Assembly (NCBI GenBank): GCA_011364965.1
Contig: RDOB01000003.1
Location: forward strand, 408,524-472,523
DNA from: Candidatus Heimdallarchaeota archaeon
Lineage (GTDB): Archaea; Asgardarchaeota; Heimdallarchaeia; Hodarchaeales; Hodarchaeaceae
DNA: 64,000 nucleotides
Direction of reading: 5' to 3'
Each line of letters starts with the position of its first letter. Position 1 is the first letter of the stretch. The notes beneath the pieces were generated by a model. That model ran no database searches. It was not told where the DNA came from and worked only from the letters and a program-made list of their open reading frames with translations. The translations under genes were made by a program, and so were the position numbers. Positions 15,044 to 25,760 of the stretch are shown piece after piece.

Positions 15044-18037
15044 TCACAGGGTACTGGGTTTTACTATACTCCCTTGCCGTTTCTTTCCGTCTATTCGAAT
15101 ATAAAAAGAATTATTTGATCGAATATGTCGGACAAATTCTGTTTCATCTATCATCAAATTAGGTTGTTTCAACCAATCCCAGTCGATTAAATCTTCTTCC
15201 GAATTAAATTTTGTATATAAGTAACCAATATTTGCAGTAGTTATATTCTGGAAAAAATGACTTCCTTGAGAATGCTCGATTTGAAAATCTGGTAAACCTG
15301 CTTCAATGATTACTTTTGCACTTGAAATGTTGTTCCACTTCACTGGAATCCCGAGAAATCTATCAAATGTTCCCCAGCGACCAAATCCCAATAGTACATA
15401 AGGAGCATTTTGATCACTTAATTTCTTGTTGAACGCATCTAGTTGATCTACAATTTCGGGAGTGCGTAATTTATCAAAATTATCTGGTTTCACATACACT
15501 ATATCCTTAATATCCTTGATCACCATGTTTCCAGAGGCTTGTGAAGAATAAACAACCAATTTATCCCTCTCAAGTTCCTTTGATTCCTCTAAGGTGTTAT
15601 CATCCATTTCAGTAAATGGTCGAATTTGGAGGAGGTAAAAAGTGGTTGGTTTGGATGGATCCTGTTGAAAATTACCTGCGAATTCTATTTCAACACTACA
15701 GCCCATTGCTTGTTCCCCTAAAGCTAGTATTTTATTAATTAATGGGGCCAAAGGAACTTTATTGTATTTAAGTTGCTTATTGAAAGTAATAACTGGAGTC
15801 CCTTCCCCAGTATATCCAGGTTTCAAAGTTTTATCATTATAATCATATGTATCTGCAATCTCAAAAAGAACTTCTTCTTCTACATCAAAAACACTTTCTT
15901 TTACTAAAAATGAGTATTCTCCTTCATAAATATCAGCAGCAGTTGAACTAAGGTCGATGGCAAAAAAAGACTTCTGAGTATTATCTAATAATTGATCTAC
16001 TGAATGGTAATTTAATTCAGGATATTTTGGACAAAATCGTAGAGAAAGTCCACCATCAACAATTGTTTTTCCTAAACCTATAGCTAGAAACGCAACACGA
16101 TCTGATGGTTCGAGATAGGAAATAGGATAATAGTTATATGATGTTCCAACACCTGAGAAACTTGGATAGGATAAATTGTTTTTTCGTTTCTTTCCTACTA
16201 CTTGTTGAATGACAACGGCCATTTTAGATTCTTCAATTGACCCTCCTATTGCCTCTGCATAAGATTTAGCCCGTTTCAGAAATGAAGAAGCATATACTAA
16301 TTTAATTGCACAACAAAGGAGATTCAACCTGATTTCCATATTTTGATTATTAGGAAGCATATATGTTTCAAAAACACCTGCGAATGGTTGATATTGTGAA
16401 TCTTCAAGTAAACTAGAAGATCGAATGGACAGAGGCCCAGTAAGAGTTTTGAGGATAAATGAGAGATCTTCTTTTAGACCCTGGCGAAGATGAGCATTCT
16501 TAAAAGCGGTTTTAATAGCATCATCTGATGCATCGGATAATGCTATGTCGTAAAGCTCTTCATTATCTTCCATGAAACCATCAAATTCATCAGTACCAAT
16601 AACAATGGTTTTTGGAATCCTGATTGAAAATTCTGTAGCTAAATCGTCAGCAAGTAAAAATGCGTTTAGTAAGAACTGCAAAAATGCAATTCCTCTCCCT
16701 TTTCCACCTAAAGAACCTGGACGTAATCGAGTGAATCTAATGGAAGGATGAAAAGTATCACGAGAAAAATCATGTACAACTCCGCCTGTTTTTTCGATTA
16801 ATATCTCATTAATGGCATTTAAAAGAAATTTTCGCAATTCTTCCGAGCTATCAAACTCAGATACTTTAACTGGTTTTAACTTTTGAGCTATAGAAAACTC
16901 AGCTCTGTTCATTAGCCAACCTGAAAAATGATCGTGAGATCCATGATAAACAAGACTCTCTCCGGGAACTTCTGAGATGGCCTCATATAATTCATGAATA
17001 TTTCGAGCTCTTCCAACTATGGTACCGTCTTCTAGCCTAAATTTAAAAACTCCAAAACCAAGGTAACGTAGCATAAATGTACGAAGGTTCTTGAGAAGCC
17101 TACGAGATTTTTTATTAATAAAAAATGCGTTTAGAACTTTCGCTTTTGCCTCATTTCTAGGTTCACTGGATTGGAGAGCACATGGAAGAGTTGGATTGGA
17201 CTTTTTAACATCTTGAATAAACTTAATACCCGCTTCTTGATCTAATTTTCCTTCTATTGTAAATCTGACGTCAGATATTACCCCAATAACGTAATTTTTA
17301 TATTTCTGATATAGACACATAGCTTCTTCATAATTTTCTGCCAAAAGAATCTTGGGTCTGACTCTCATCTGCAATAAATTATGATAATCATTAATCCCAT
17401 CTGTGATTAACCTATGAGTCTGTTTCACCAATTCACTATAGAGAACAGGTAAAAATAACGAATAAAATCGAATTGAATCCTCAACCACAATAATAACACG
17501 AACTAAACCAACATTGGTATCATGATCAACATTGAAACTATCTTCCAAGTGCTTTATGATGGCAACAAAAACTGTCGAATCCCCATTCCAAACAAAAATT
17601 CTATCAATTCCTTGCTGTTTTGATTTATCTGGTAACGATAACACATTTGGTGTGTTCGTTAATAAAAGAACAACAGGAATATCCTGTATCTTTTTTATAT
17701 TTTGACCAAAAGAAAATGGATCAATATCACCACCTAGTCGTTTCATTGTAATAACAAGATCAAATGAATGGGTTTTCAATGCTTCTAAGGCATCTCTTGG
17801 TGTAGATACTCGTGTGATAACTGGCATCGTTCTAAGATTCAGATTATGAAATTCTTCAAATATTTGATCAGATAATCTCCCATCCTCTTCTAAGATAAAG
17901 TTATCGTAATAACTGGAAACAAGTAGTACCTTGTTTATCCTTCGTTTCATTAATTCACTGAATATTTGATATTTTGGTTTATAATCCAGATTGAATTCGG
18001 GTTTGATATACTCGTTGGGGAATTTATTTGTGACCAT
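15044..18037 (-). CDS. receiver-domain protein fused to PEP/pyruvate-binding (PPDK_N, ATP-grasp) domain
   Basis: 997 aa with two N-terminal CheY-like modules. The first lacks the acidic pocket and acceptor Asp (KVLLVSSYYD, FDLVITMKRL). The second keeps them (VIIVVEDS, VIGVISDVRF, ALQSS). The centre carries GSLGGKGRGIAFL and LSIRSSSLLEDSQYQPFAGVFETY, typical of the PEP synthase/PPDK nucleotide-binding domain. No swivel phospho-His motif or PEP-utilising barrel was recognised. Confidence 0.7.
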   Translation of the reverse strand: MVTNKFPNEYIKPEFNLDYKPKYQIFSELMKRRINKVLLVSSYYDNFILEEDGRLSDQIFEEFHNLNLRTMPVITRVSTPRDALEALKTHSFDLVITMKRLGGDIDPFSFGQNIKKIQDIPVVLLLTNTPNVLSLPDKSKQQGIDRIFVWNGDSTVFVAIIKHLEDSFNVDHDTNVGLVRVIIVVEDSIRFYSLFLPVLYSELVKQTHRLITDGINDYHNLLQMRVRPKILLAENYEEAMCLYQKYKNYVIGVISDVRFTIEGKLDQEAGIKFIQDVKKSNPTLPCALQSSEPRNEAKAKVLNAFFINKKSRRLLKNLRTFMLRYLGFGVFKFRLEDGTIVGRARNIHELYEAISEVPGESLVYHGSHDHFSGWLMNRAEFSIAQKLKPVKVSEFDSSEELRKFLLNAINEILIEKTGGVVHDFSRDTFHPSIRFTRLRPGSLGGKGRGIAFLQFLLNAFLLADDLATEFSIRIPKTIVIGTDEFDGFMEDNEELYDIALSDASDDAIKTAFKNAHLRQGLKEDLSFILKTLTGPLSIRSSSLLEDSQYQPFAGVFETYMLPNNQNMEIRLNLLCCAIKLVYASSFLKRAKSYAEAIGGSIEESKMAVVIQQVVGKKRKNNLSYPSFSGVGTSYNYYPISYLEPSDRVAFLAIGLGKTIVDGGLSLRFCPKYPELNYHSVDQLLDNTQKSFFAIDLSSTAADIYEGEYSFLVKESVFDVEEEVLFEIADTYDYNDKTLKPGYTGEGTPVITFNKQLKYNKVPLAPLINKILALGEQAMGCSVEIEFAGNFQQDPSKPTTFYLLQIRPFTEMDDNTLEESKELERDKLVVYSSQASGNMVIKDIKDIVYVKPDNFDKLRTPEIVDQLDAFNKKLSDQNAPYVLLGFGRWGTFDRFLGIPVKWNNISSAKVIIEAGLPDFQIEHSQGSHFFQNITTANIGYLYTKFNSEEDLIDWDWLKQPNLMIDETEFVRHIRSNNSFYIRIDGKKRQGSIVKPSTL

Positions 18038-18351
18038 TCGTTCTCAATTCTAGATGTTTGAAAGATTTAAAAAGAATATTCCTTTCTGCTTCTCATATTT
18101 TAAGGAGTACTTATTGCTAATAATGAAATTTATTTCATTTGAAAAAAATCTGGCAATAATTGTAAAATAATGTGCTCCTAAAGGACAATAACTTGCTTTC
18201 AAGGAAAATCTGCTCTATTTATCTCAGAAACAAGTCCTTCAAATAACATAAATACAAGCAGAAAATAGCCTTTTCACGACGGGTTTTGTTATTTATTACT
18301 AAATAATGGTAAAACCCATTTGTAGAACTGGTCTATCTAAAAATGGTATGA

Positions 18352-19716
<1,365 letters not shown>

Positions 19717-19730
19717 TTAGATTAACTTAA

Positions 19731-19770
19731 TTGGAAGAAATTTTCTTCCAAATCTTTTTCTTTCCAAATT
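19731..19770 (+). terminator. hairpin plus T-tract between convergent gdhA and sensor gene
   Basis: TTGGAAGAA-ATT-TTCTTCCAA is a perfect 9-bp stem at 19731-19751, followed by ATCTTTTTCTTTCC. It begins 15 nt after the gdhA stop. Confidence 0.4.
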
Positions 19771-19792
19771 TTTGACTTTTTACGTTTTAGAT

Positions 19793-22621
19793 CTAAAATA
19801 ATTCTATAGGAAAAAGAAGTTGAAATTCATTTCCTCTGTTATATATGGGCCGTATTTTTAATTGCCCTCCATAATGTTGCATTATTACAGAAGCTAACGC
19901 TAAACCACTGAAATGCCCCTGATATTCCCATTCATCCGTGATTTTACCCGATAAGCTCTTACTGAGCTCATCCGAAATCGTATCAGAGTAATCGTCTCGC
20001 ATCACAACTGAGAAATAAACTGATTGTTGTCTTCCTTCAACGATTATTGGAGAATAGAGGGAAACATCCTTTCCACGAGTCCCTAAAATAAATGTTAATA
20101 ACTCGTAGAAAACACGCTCTATGTTTTCATCGCAATAGATATCTTTTGAGATCTGTTCTCGCTTTAATTTAATGGGAATCTCGTAAGAGAGATCAGCAGT
20201 CAACCTAAAAATTGTTGCTTCAAGTATAGAAAGTAAATTAACTGATATATCGTCCTTGGTAAATGGAGTTTGAAGGATTGCAAAAATTTTATTCACATTG
20301 TCAATGGTTTTCGAAGAACGACTAGCAATTTCAATGATCGTATTCACATTTGTCAAATTAAGTTTTTTATGGGCTTCATATTCAAGAGAAATTAAATCTA
20401 AATTATTGATTATTTTTTGAAGATCATTATTAAGAAAATGAGACAACATAGCGTGATACCGTTCCTCCTCCTTCTTTACCTGTCTTAACGCTTTCTCTGC
20501 CATCTTTCGATAAGTTATATCACGTATAATTGTTAATGTAGCAGGTTTGTGTTCATGAATAATTATTCCTGCATTGATCTCTATGTCAACTGGATTCCCA
20601 TCCTTTCGAACTACTTTGGCCTCATAAATTTGCGGGATAGCTTCTCCTGCTGCTCGAAGTTTATAATATGATTCCACTAGCGCTTTAGAAGCTGGATGAA
20701 GATATTTACTAAATAATGATCCCTCCAGTTCTTCAATTGAATATCCTGTGATTTGTGCTAAACGGGGATTGACATATTTAAGCACTTGATCTTGTACAAT
20801 CGTTATTCCATCATTTGCTCTTTCAACTAAATTCCTATAAAGCTCTTCCGATTCTAAGAGTAACCTCTCGGTTTTTTTACGTTTAGTGATGTCGCGAGTG
20901 ATAGAAATAAATGCAGTAGGGTCATTATTTTCATTCAATATTAACTTAGCATTCATTTCAGCAGGATAAATAGAACCATCTTTTCTCAGGAGCATATATT
21001 CTTCACTTATTGGTTTTCCTTCAGAAAATGCCCGCTGAGCATTCTCCATAGCCTTTGTTCGATCCTCAGGAGCAATTAAATCCAAAGCATTCATACCTAT
21101 GATTTCAGAGGAATTTTCAGCCCCAAATAATTCTAAAGCTTGTTGATTGACTTCAATCACATTGAGTTTAAGATCAGTCATTGTTATAGCGTCTGGTGAT
21201 AAATCAACTAAGGTTCGATATCGCTCCTCACTCTTCTCTAGAGCTTCTAAAGCCTCACGCTCCCTAGTAATGTCAGAAAGCATTCCAAATGACCCTACTA
21301 ATTCACGATCTTGATTAAATAATGCAGCTCCTGCAACTCGTGTTACAAGAATAGAACCATCTTTGCGCTTCCATTTCAACTCATATATTGAAGAAGGCAC
21401 TCCTTGAATATATCTTTGAATTCTAACATCCTCAAAAAATTCTAGTGAATCAGGATGAAGAAATTCTATAACCTTTTTACCAATTAATTCCTCTTGAGAA
21501 TAACCAATCATTTCTTCCAAGGCTGGGTTAATAAATGTAGTTATATCTTCTTTATCTGTAACCCACACACCTACAACATTATTGGTTATAATGGTTCGAA
21601 ATCGTTCTTCACTTTCAAGGAGTTCTCTTTCTACTTTTTTACGATTCGTTATATCACGAACAGTAACAAGATCCGCGGGTCGGCCCTGATAGTTAATAAC
21701 ACTTGCATTAATCTCAACTTCAAGTGGAGTCCCCTTCGAAGTCTTAATTTTCGTTTCATAAATATTTGGGACATTTTCTCCGGCCATTCGCTTTTCATAA
21801 CGGGTCTTAAAAAACTCTAACGAATCTGGATGAATATAATTGATGAAAGGAGTGTGAATAATATCCTCTCGATTCACTTGAGCCAATTCAGCTGAAGCTT
21901 CATTTAGATACTTCGTAATTCCATCTTGTATTATTAAAATTCCATCAGAGGCATTTTCTACCAAAGTACGATATTTTTCTTCTGATTCTTTTAGTTCTTC
22001 ATTAATAATGAATAATTTGGTTGTTGTTTGCTTTTGTTTTTCATGAAGCAGAGCATTCTGGAGCGCAAGCGATAACCGTTTTGCTAAAATAACAAAGATT
22101 TGTTGAAGTTCCTCAGAAAACGCATCAATCAGATTGGATCCAATATTCAGACAACCAACTGAAATATCTTGGTATATCATTGGAATAACAAATGTTGTTC
22201 TTAAATTGGATCTTCTTAACTCCAATCCGATTTTTGTTGGTGATTCTGATTTTGTTAAATCGGGGTTATAGAAAGGTCGTTTTTCAACGAATGCTTGTTT
22301 TAAATAGGAATCGGATGATGATATGAACCTTCCTTCTCCTAATTCAATACTATCATCCATGGTAGATGCAAAGACTATGAAACCATCTTTTGATTCGTCG
22401 TAAATAGCAATAGAAACTCGTTGAACCTCAAAATGAGAACGAATGTATTCTATCGCTGCATTTATGACCTTTTTTTCATCTAATAGAGAAATTTCTTCTT
22501 CAAAATCCGCTATATGTCGAAAAATGAAGTCCTTTGGTTTAAAGTCATCAATATTGCTATTTAACCTTTTTTTATGGTAATTTGACTTATCTTTTTTGGT
22601 AAAAAAGGATTTGAAGCCCAT
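19793..22621 (-). CDS. GAF + 4xPAS sensor with C-terminal histidine-kinase-like module
   Basis: 942 aa with an N-terminal GAF-like region and four PAS units. Each PAS unit is introduced by a repeated linker (RDITNRKKVERELLESEERFRTI, SDITREREALEALEKSEERYRTLV, RDITKRKKTERLLLESEELYRNLV, and the first ESEEKYRTLVENASDG). An H-box candidate is EEERYHAMLSHFLNNDL. The ATPase-like tail ends in GHFSGLALASVIMQHYGGQL. Confidence 0.75.
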   Translation of the reverse strand: MGFKSFFTKKDKSNYHKKRLNSNIDDFKPKDFIFRHIADFEEEISLLDEKKVINAAIEYIRSHFEVQRVSIAIYDESKDGFIVFASTMDDSIELGEGRFISSSDSYLKQAFVEKRPFYNPDLTKSESPTKIGLELRRSNLRTTFVIPMIYQDISVGCLNIGSNLIDAFSEELQQIFVILAKRLSLALQNALLHEKQKQTTTKLFIINEELKESEEKYRTLVENASDGILIIQDGITKYLNEASAELAQVNREDIIHTPFINYIHPDSLEFFKTRYEKRMAGENVPNIYETKIKTSKGTPLEVEINASVINYQGRPADLVTVRDITNRKKVERELLESEERFRTIITNNVVGVWVTDKEDITTFINPALEEMIGYSQEELIGKKVIEFLHPDSLEFFEDVRIQRYIQGVPSSIYELKWKRKDGSILVTRVAGAALFNQDRELVGSFGMLSDITREREALEALEKSEERYRTLVDLSPDAITMTDLKLNVIEVNQQALELFGAENSSEIIGMNALDLIAPEDRTKAMENAQRAFSEGKPISEEYMLLRKDGSIYPAEMNAKLILNENNDPTAFISITRDITKRKKTERLLLESEELYRNLVERANDGITIVQDQVLKYVNPRLAQITGYSIEELEGSLFSKYLHPASKALVESYYKLRAAGEAIPQIYEAKVVRKDGNPVDIEINAGIIIHEHKPATLTIIRDITYRKMAEKALRQVKKEEERYHAMLSHFLNNDLQKIINNLDLISLEYEAHKKLNLTNVNTIIEIASRSSKTIDNVNKIFAILQTPFTKDDISVNLLSILEATIFRLTADLSYEIPIKLKREQISKDIYCDENIERVFYELLTFILGTRGKDVSLYSPIIVEGRQQSVYFSVVMRDDYSDTISDELSKSLSGKITDEWEYQGHFSGLALASVIMQHYGGQLKIRPIYNRGNEFQLLFPIELF

Positions 22622-22890
22622 AATGACACATCTATCAATATATTTTACTAATTAGATAGCTTAATTGTTTTCATTAGTTTGTTGTTGAAGAGAATAAATA
22701 ACTGCTATTTTTTAAATTGGATCATTCAATTTGGTAATTGAAATCTCTATGATTTAAATAGGTCTCATTGAATTGTATCACAACAAAAATCGAAATAGAA
22801 GTGAATATTTTCCCTAAAAAAAGCACATAATTAGAGAATTAATGGTATAATCTTAATATTGCATTTTAGATAATAGGAAGTTTCAGAGAA

Positions 22891-24108
22891 ATGGCAATTA
22901 TTTTAGTTTTAGGTGGTTGTGGCGTTGTTGGCAGTATGGCTGTGAAAACACTTGGCACTTTTGCAGATGTTTCCAAGATAATTATCGGAGACAAAAATCA
23001 CCAGAAAGCAAATGAAATTATTACCGAATTGGGTTCAAATAAAATCATTTTCAAGCAGATAGATGTAGAAAACATCCAAGACCTCAAGAAAGAATTGGAA
23101 CAGGTAGATGTTGTTCTAAACTGTATTGGGCCATTTTACCTTTATGGACCATTAGTTCTTCGTGTAGCTATTGAAATGAAAAAGAACTATATTGATGTAA
23201 ATGATGATGTTGATGCCACAAGAGAAGTTCTGAGCATGGATAAATTGGCAAAAGAAGCAAAAATAACAGCTTTGATAGGAATGGGCAGTTCACCAGGAGT
23301 AACAAACCTACTTGCAAAATTTGCTGCCAAGCAACTGCTTGATACTGTTAAATCGGTAGATATATATCATGCACATGGTGGTGAACCATTCGAAGGTGCT
23401 GCAGTTATTTATCATCGCATTCATTCAATGAGTATTGAGATTCCGGTATTTATAAATGGAAGTTTTCAAAATGTAAATTTCTTTGGGAAGAATGGTGAAG
23501 CGTTGGAGGAAGAGATCTTGTTTCATAAAATAGGTACATATCGCGTACATCCTTACCCTCATCCAGAGACCATTACATTACCCAAATATCTTGAAATCAT
23601 CGATCGTGTTACAAATAAGGGAACAGTTTTACCTCCAGAGTATTTTTATCTTATAAGAGACCTTGTTAAACTAGGATTAAATGATAATACCCTGATAAAT
23701 GTGAAGGGAAATCTTATTTCGTCCCTAGATTTTATTATTCCTTATATTATTCACCAGAGGGAAAGAATTTTGAAAGAAATAAATTTTGGGCCTCAACAAG
23801 GATGTATAAAAATTGTTGTAGAAGGAATAAAGGATCAAAAGCCTCAGAAATGTATTTTCTCTTTAACTTCAGAAGGAAAAGCAATGGGAGAGGGAACTGG
23901 ATTACCAGCAGCTTTTGGAACTATTTTAATGATTCGAAATCAGGTACGAGGTAAAGGAGTACTTCCACCAGAAGCATGTGTAAATCCATTGGAGTTCTTA
24001 GAAGTTATGCGAGAACATCTTGATTTGGACTCAACAACAGGAGGGGGATCTCCTCTTTTAATTGAAATAATTGATTCAGAAGGCAATATTAATACCTTAG
24101 ATCTTTGA
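22891..24108 (+). CDS. saccharopine dehydrogenase-like NAD(P)-binding oxidoreductase
   Basis: 405 aa with N-terminal ILVLGGCGVVGS Rossmann motif, then VVLNCIGPF, YIDVNDD and GMGSSPGVTNLLA, typical of the Sacchrp_dh family. Confidence 0.7.
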   Translation: MAIILVLGGCGVVGSMAVKTLGTFADVSKIIIGDKNHQKANEIITELGSNKIIFKQIDVENIQDLKKELEQVDVVLNCIGPFYLYGPLVLRVAIEMKKNYIDVNDDVDATREVLSMDKLAKEAKITALIGMGSSPGVTNLLAKFAAKQLLDTVKSVDIYHAHGGEPFEGAAVIYHRIHSMSIEIPVFINGSFQNVNFFGKNGEALEEEILFHKIGTYRVHPYPHPETITLPKYLEIIDRVTNKGTVLPPEYFYLIRDLVKLGLNDNTLINVKGNLISSLDFIIPYIIHQRERILKEINFGPQQGCIKIVVEGIKDQKPQKCIFSLTSEGKAMGEGTGLPAAFGTILMIRNQVRGKGVLPPEACVNPLEFLEVMREHLDLDSTTGGGSPLLIEIIDSEGNINTLDL

Positions 24109-24127
24109 TAAAACGATAAGTAAACAG

Positions 24128-25708
24128 ATGAATAAGAACATGAATGAAGAAAAATATATCCTAGCAATTGATCACGGAACTTCTGGAATAAAAGCTGCCT
24201 TAGTATCAGTCTATGGAGAAATTATTGACTTTGTATTTAAATCGACTCCAATTTATCTAAAGGAGAAAGGAGGAGCGGAACAAAATCCAGATGAGTGGTG
24301 GGAAGCATTGATAAAAACATCGCAATATTTAATTGACAAACAGCTTATACCTATAGATAATATTGTAGGGGTTTGTTGTTCGAGTCAATGGTCTGGAACA
24401 GTTCCAGTAGACAAAAATGGAGACTATTTAAAAAATGCAATAATATGGATGGACTCACGTGGAGCACCTTATGTCAAGAAAAGGTTGCGTGGATTAATAA
24501 AAGTTTCAGGATATCCAGTTCAAGATATTATAAGGTTTGTCAGAAAATCAGGAGGAGCTCCATCGCTTTCAGGTAAAGATCCTATTGCTCACATTTTATA
24601 TCTTCAATATGAAGAACCAGACATTTATCAACATACACAAGTATTTCTTGAACCCAAAGATTACTTGAATTTTAAATTAACAGGTAAAATTGCAGCATCT
24701 TTCGATTCAATTATGTTGCATTGGGTCACAAATATTCAAGACATTAATAATATTCACTATGACAAATCGTTAATAAGAAGACTCGGGGTTTCTAAGGATA
24801 AGTTCCCTAAATTAATGCAAGCAACAGATGTTTTGGGTACGGTTAGAAGTGAAGTTGCTGATATATTAGGAATTAACAACAACGTAAAAGTCGTGATGGG
24901 GTCTCCCGATCTCCAATCAGCTATAATAGGATCAGGAGCAGTTCAAGATTATCAAGGACATATTTATATTGGTACAAGTTCTTGGATTATAACTCATGTT
25001 CCTTTTAAGAAGACCGATATTTTTCATAATATAGCTACTTTACCCTCTGCAATTCCTGGAAGATATTTCACAGCAAATGAGCAGGAAAGTGCTGGACAAT
25101 GCTTGAATTTCCTGCGGGATAACATATTTTATTCAGATGATGAGGAATATTTTGGCAAGCAAGAAGTCTATCAAATGTTTGATCGATTAGCGGAACAGGT
25201 CGCCCCAGGAAGTGAAAATTTAATTTTTGCTCCATGGCTTTATGGGGAACGGACTCCCATAGATGACCATTATGTTCGCGGAATTATATTTAATTTATCT
25301 TTAAACTCGAAAAAAGAACAAATTGTACGAGCAGCCTTTGAAGGTGTTGCATATAACTCACGATGGGTATTGAAATACCTTGAAGCTTTTACAAAAAGAA
25401 AATTAGATCCTCTAAACATCATTGGTGGAGGAGCGCAATCAGATATTTGGGTACAAATTTATGCTGATGTATTAAACAAACGAATTAAAAGAATAAAGGA
25501 TCCTTTACAAGCAAATGCAAGGGGCGCAGCATTTATCGCCTCAGTTGGATTAGGATATATAAATTTCAATCAAATTCCCAGATTAACACAATATTCGGGA
25601 GAATTTTCTCCAATCAGAGAAAATGTTAAAATTTATAATCAGCTTTTCAAGGAGTTTTTAAACCTCTATAAACATAATAAAAAGGCATTTCAAAAGTTAA
25701 ATCATTAA
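24128..25708 (+). CDS. FGGY-family carbohydrate kinase (xylulokinase/glycerol-kinase-like)
   Basis: 526 aa with ILAIDHGTSGIKA near the N-terminus, then IWMDSRG, GTSSWI and a C-terminal IIGGGAQSDIWVQIYADVL...ANARGAA pattern. Confidence 0.8.
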   Translation: MNKNMNEEKYILAIDHGTSGIKAALVSVYGEIIDFVFKSTPIYLKEKGGAEQNPDEWWEALIKTSQYLIDKQLIPIDNIVGVCCSSQWSGTVPVDKNGDYLKNAIIWMDSRGAPYVKKRLRGLIKVSGYPVQDIIRFVRKSGGAPSLSGKDPIAHILYLQYEEPDIYQHTQVFLEPKDYLNFKLTGKIAASFDSIMLHWVTNIQDINNIHYDKSLIRRLGVSKDKFPKLMQATDVLGTVRSEVADILGINNNVKVVMGSPDLQSAIIGSGAVQDYQGHIYIGTSSWIITHVPFKKTDIFHNIATLPSAIPGRYFTANEQESAGQCLNFLRDNIFYSDDEEYFGKQEVYQMFDRLAEQVAPGSENLIFAPWLYGERTPIDDHYVRGIIFNLSLNSKKEQIVRAAFEGVAYNSRWVLKYLEAFTKRKLDPLNIIGGGAQSDIWVQIYADVLNKRIKRIKDPLQANARGAAFIASVGLGYINFNQIPRLTQYSGEFSPIRENVKIYNQLFKEFLNLYKHNKKAFQKLNH

Positions 25709-25760
25709 TCATCGGGAGTATTAATCTAAATGTTTTTGAAGTATAAATTGGAGATCTAAT

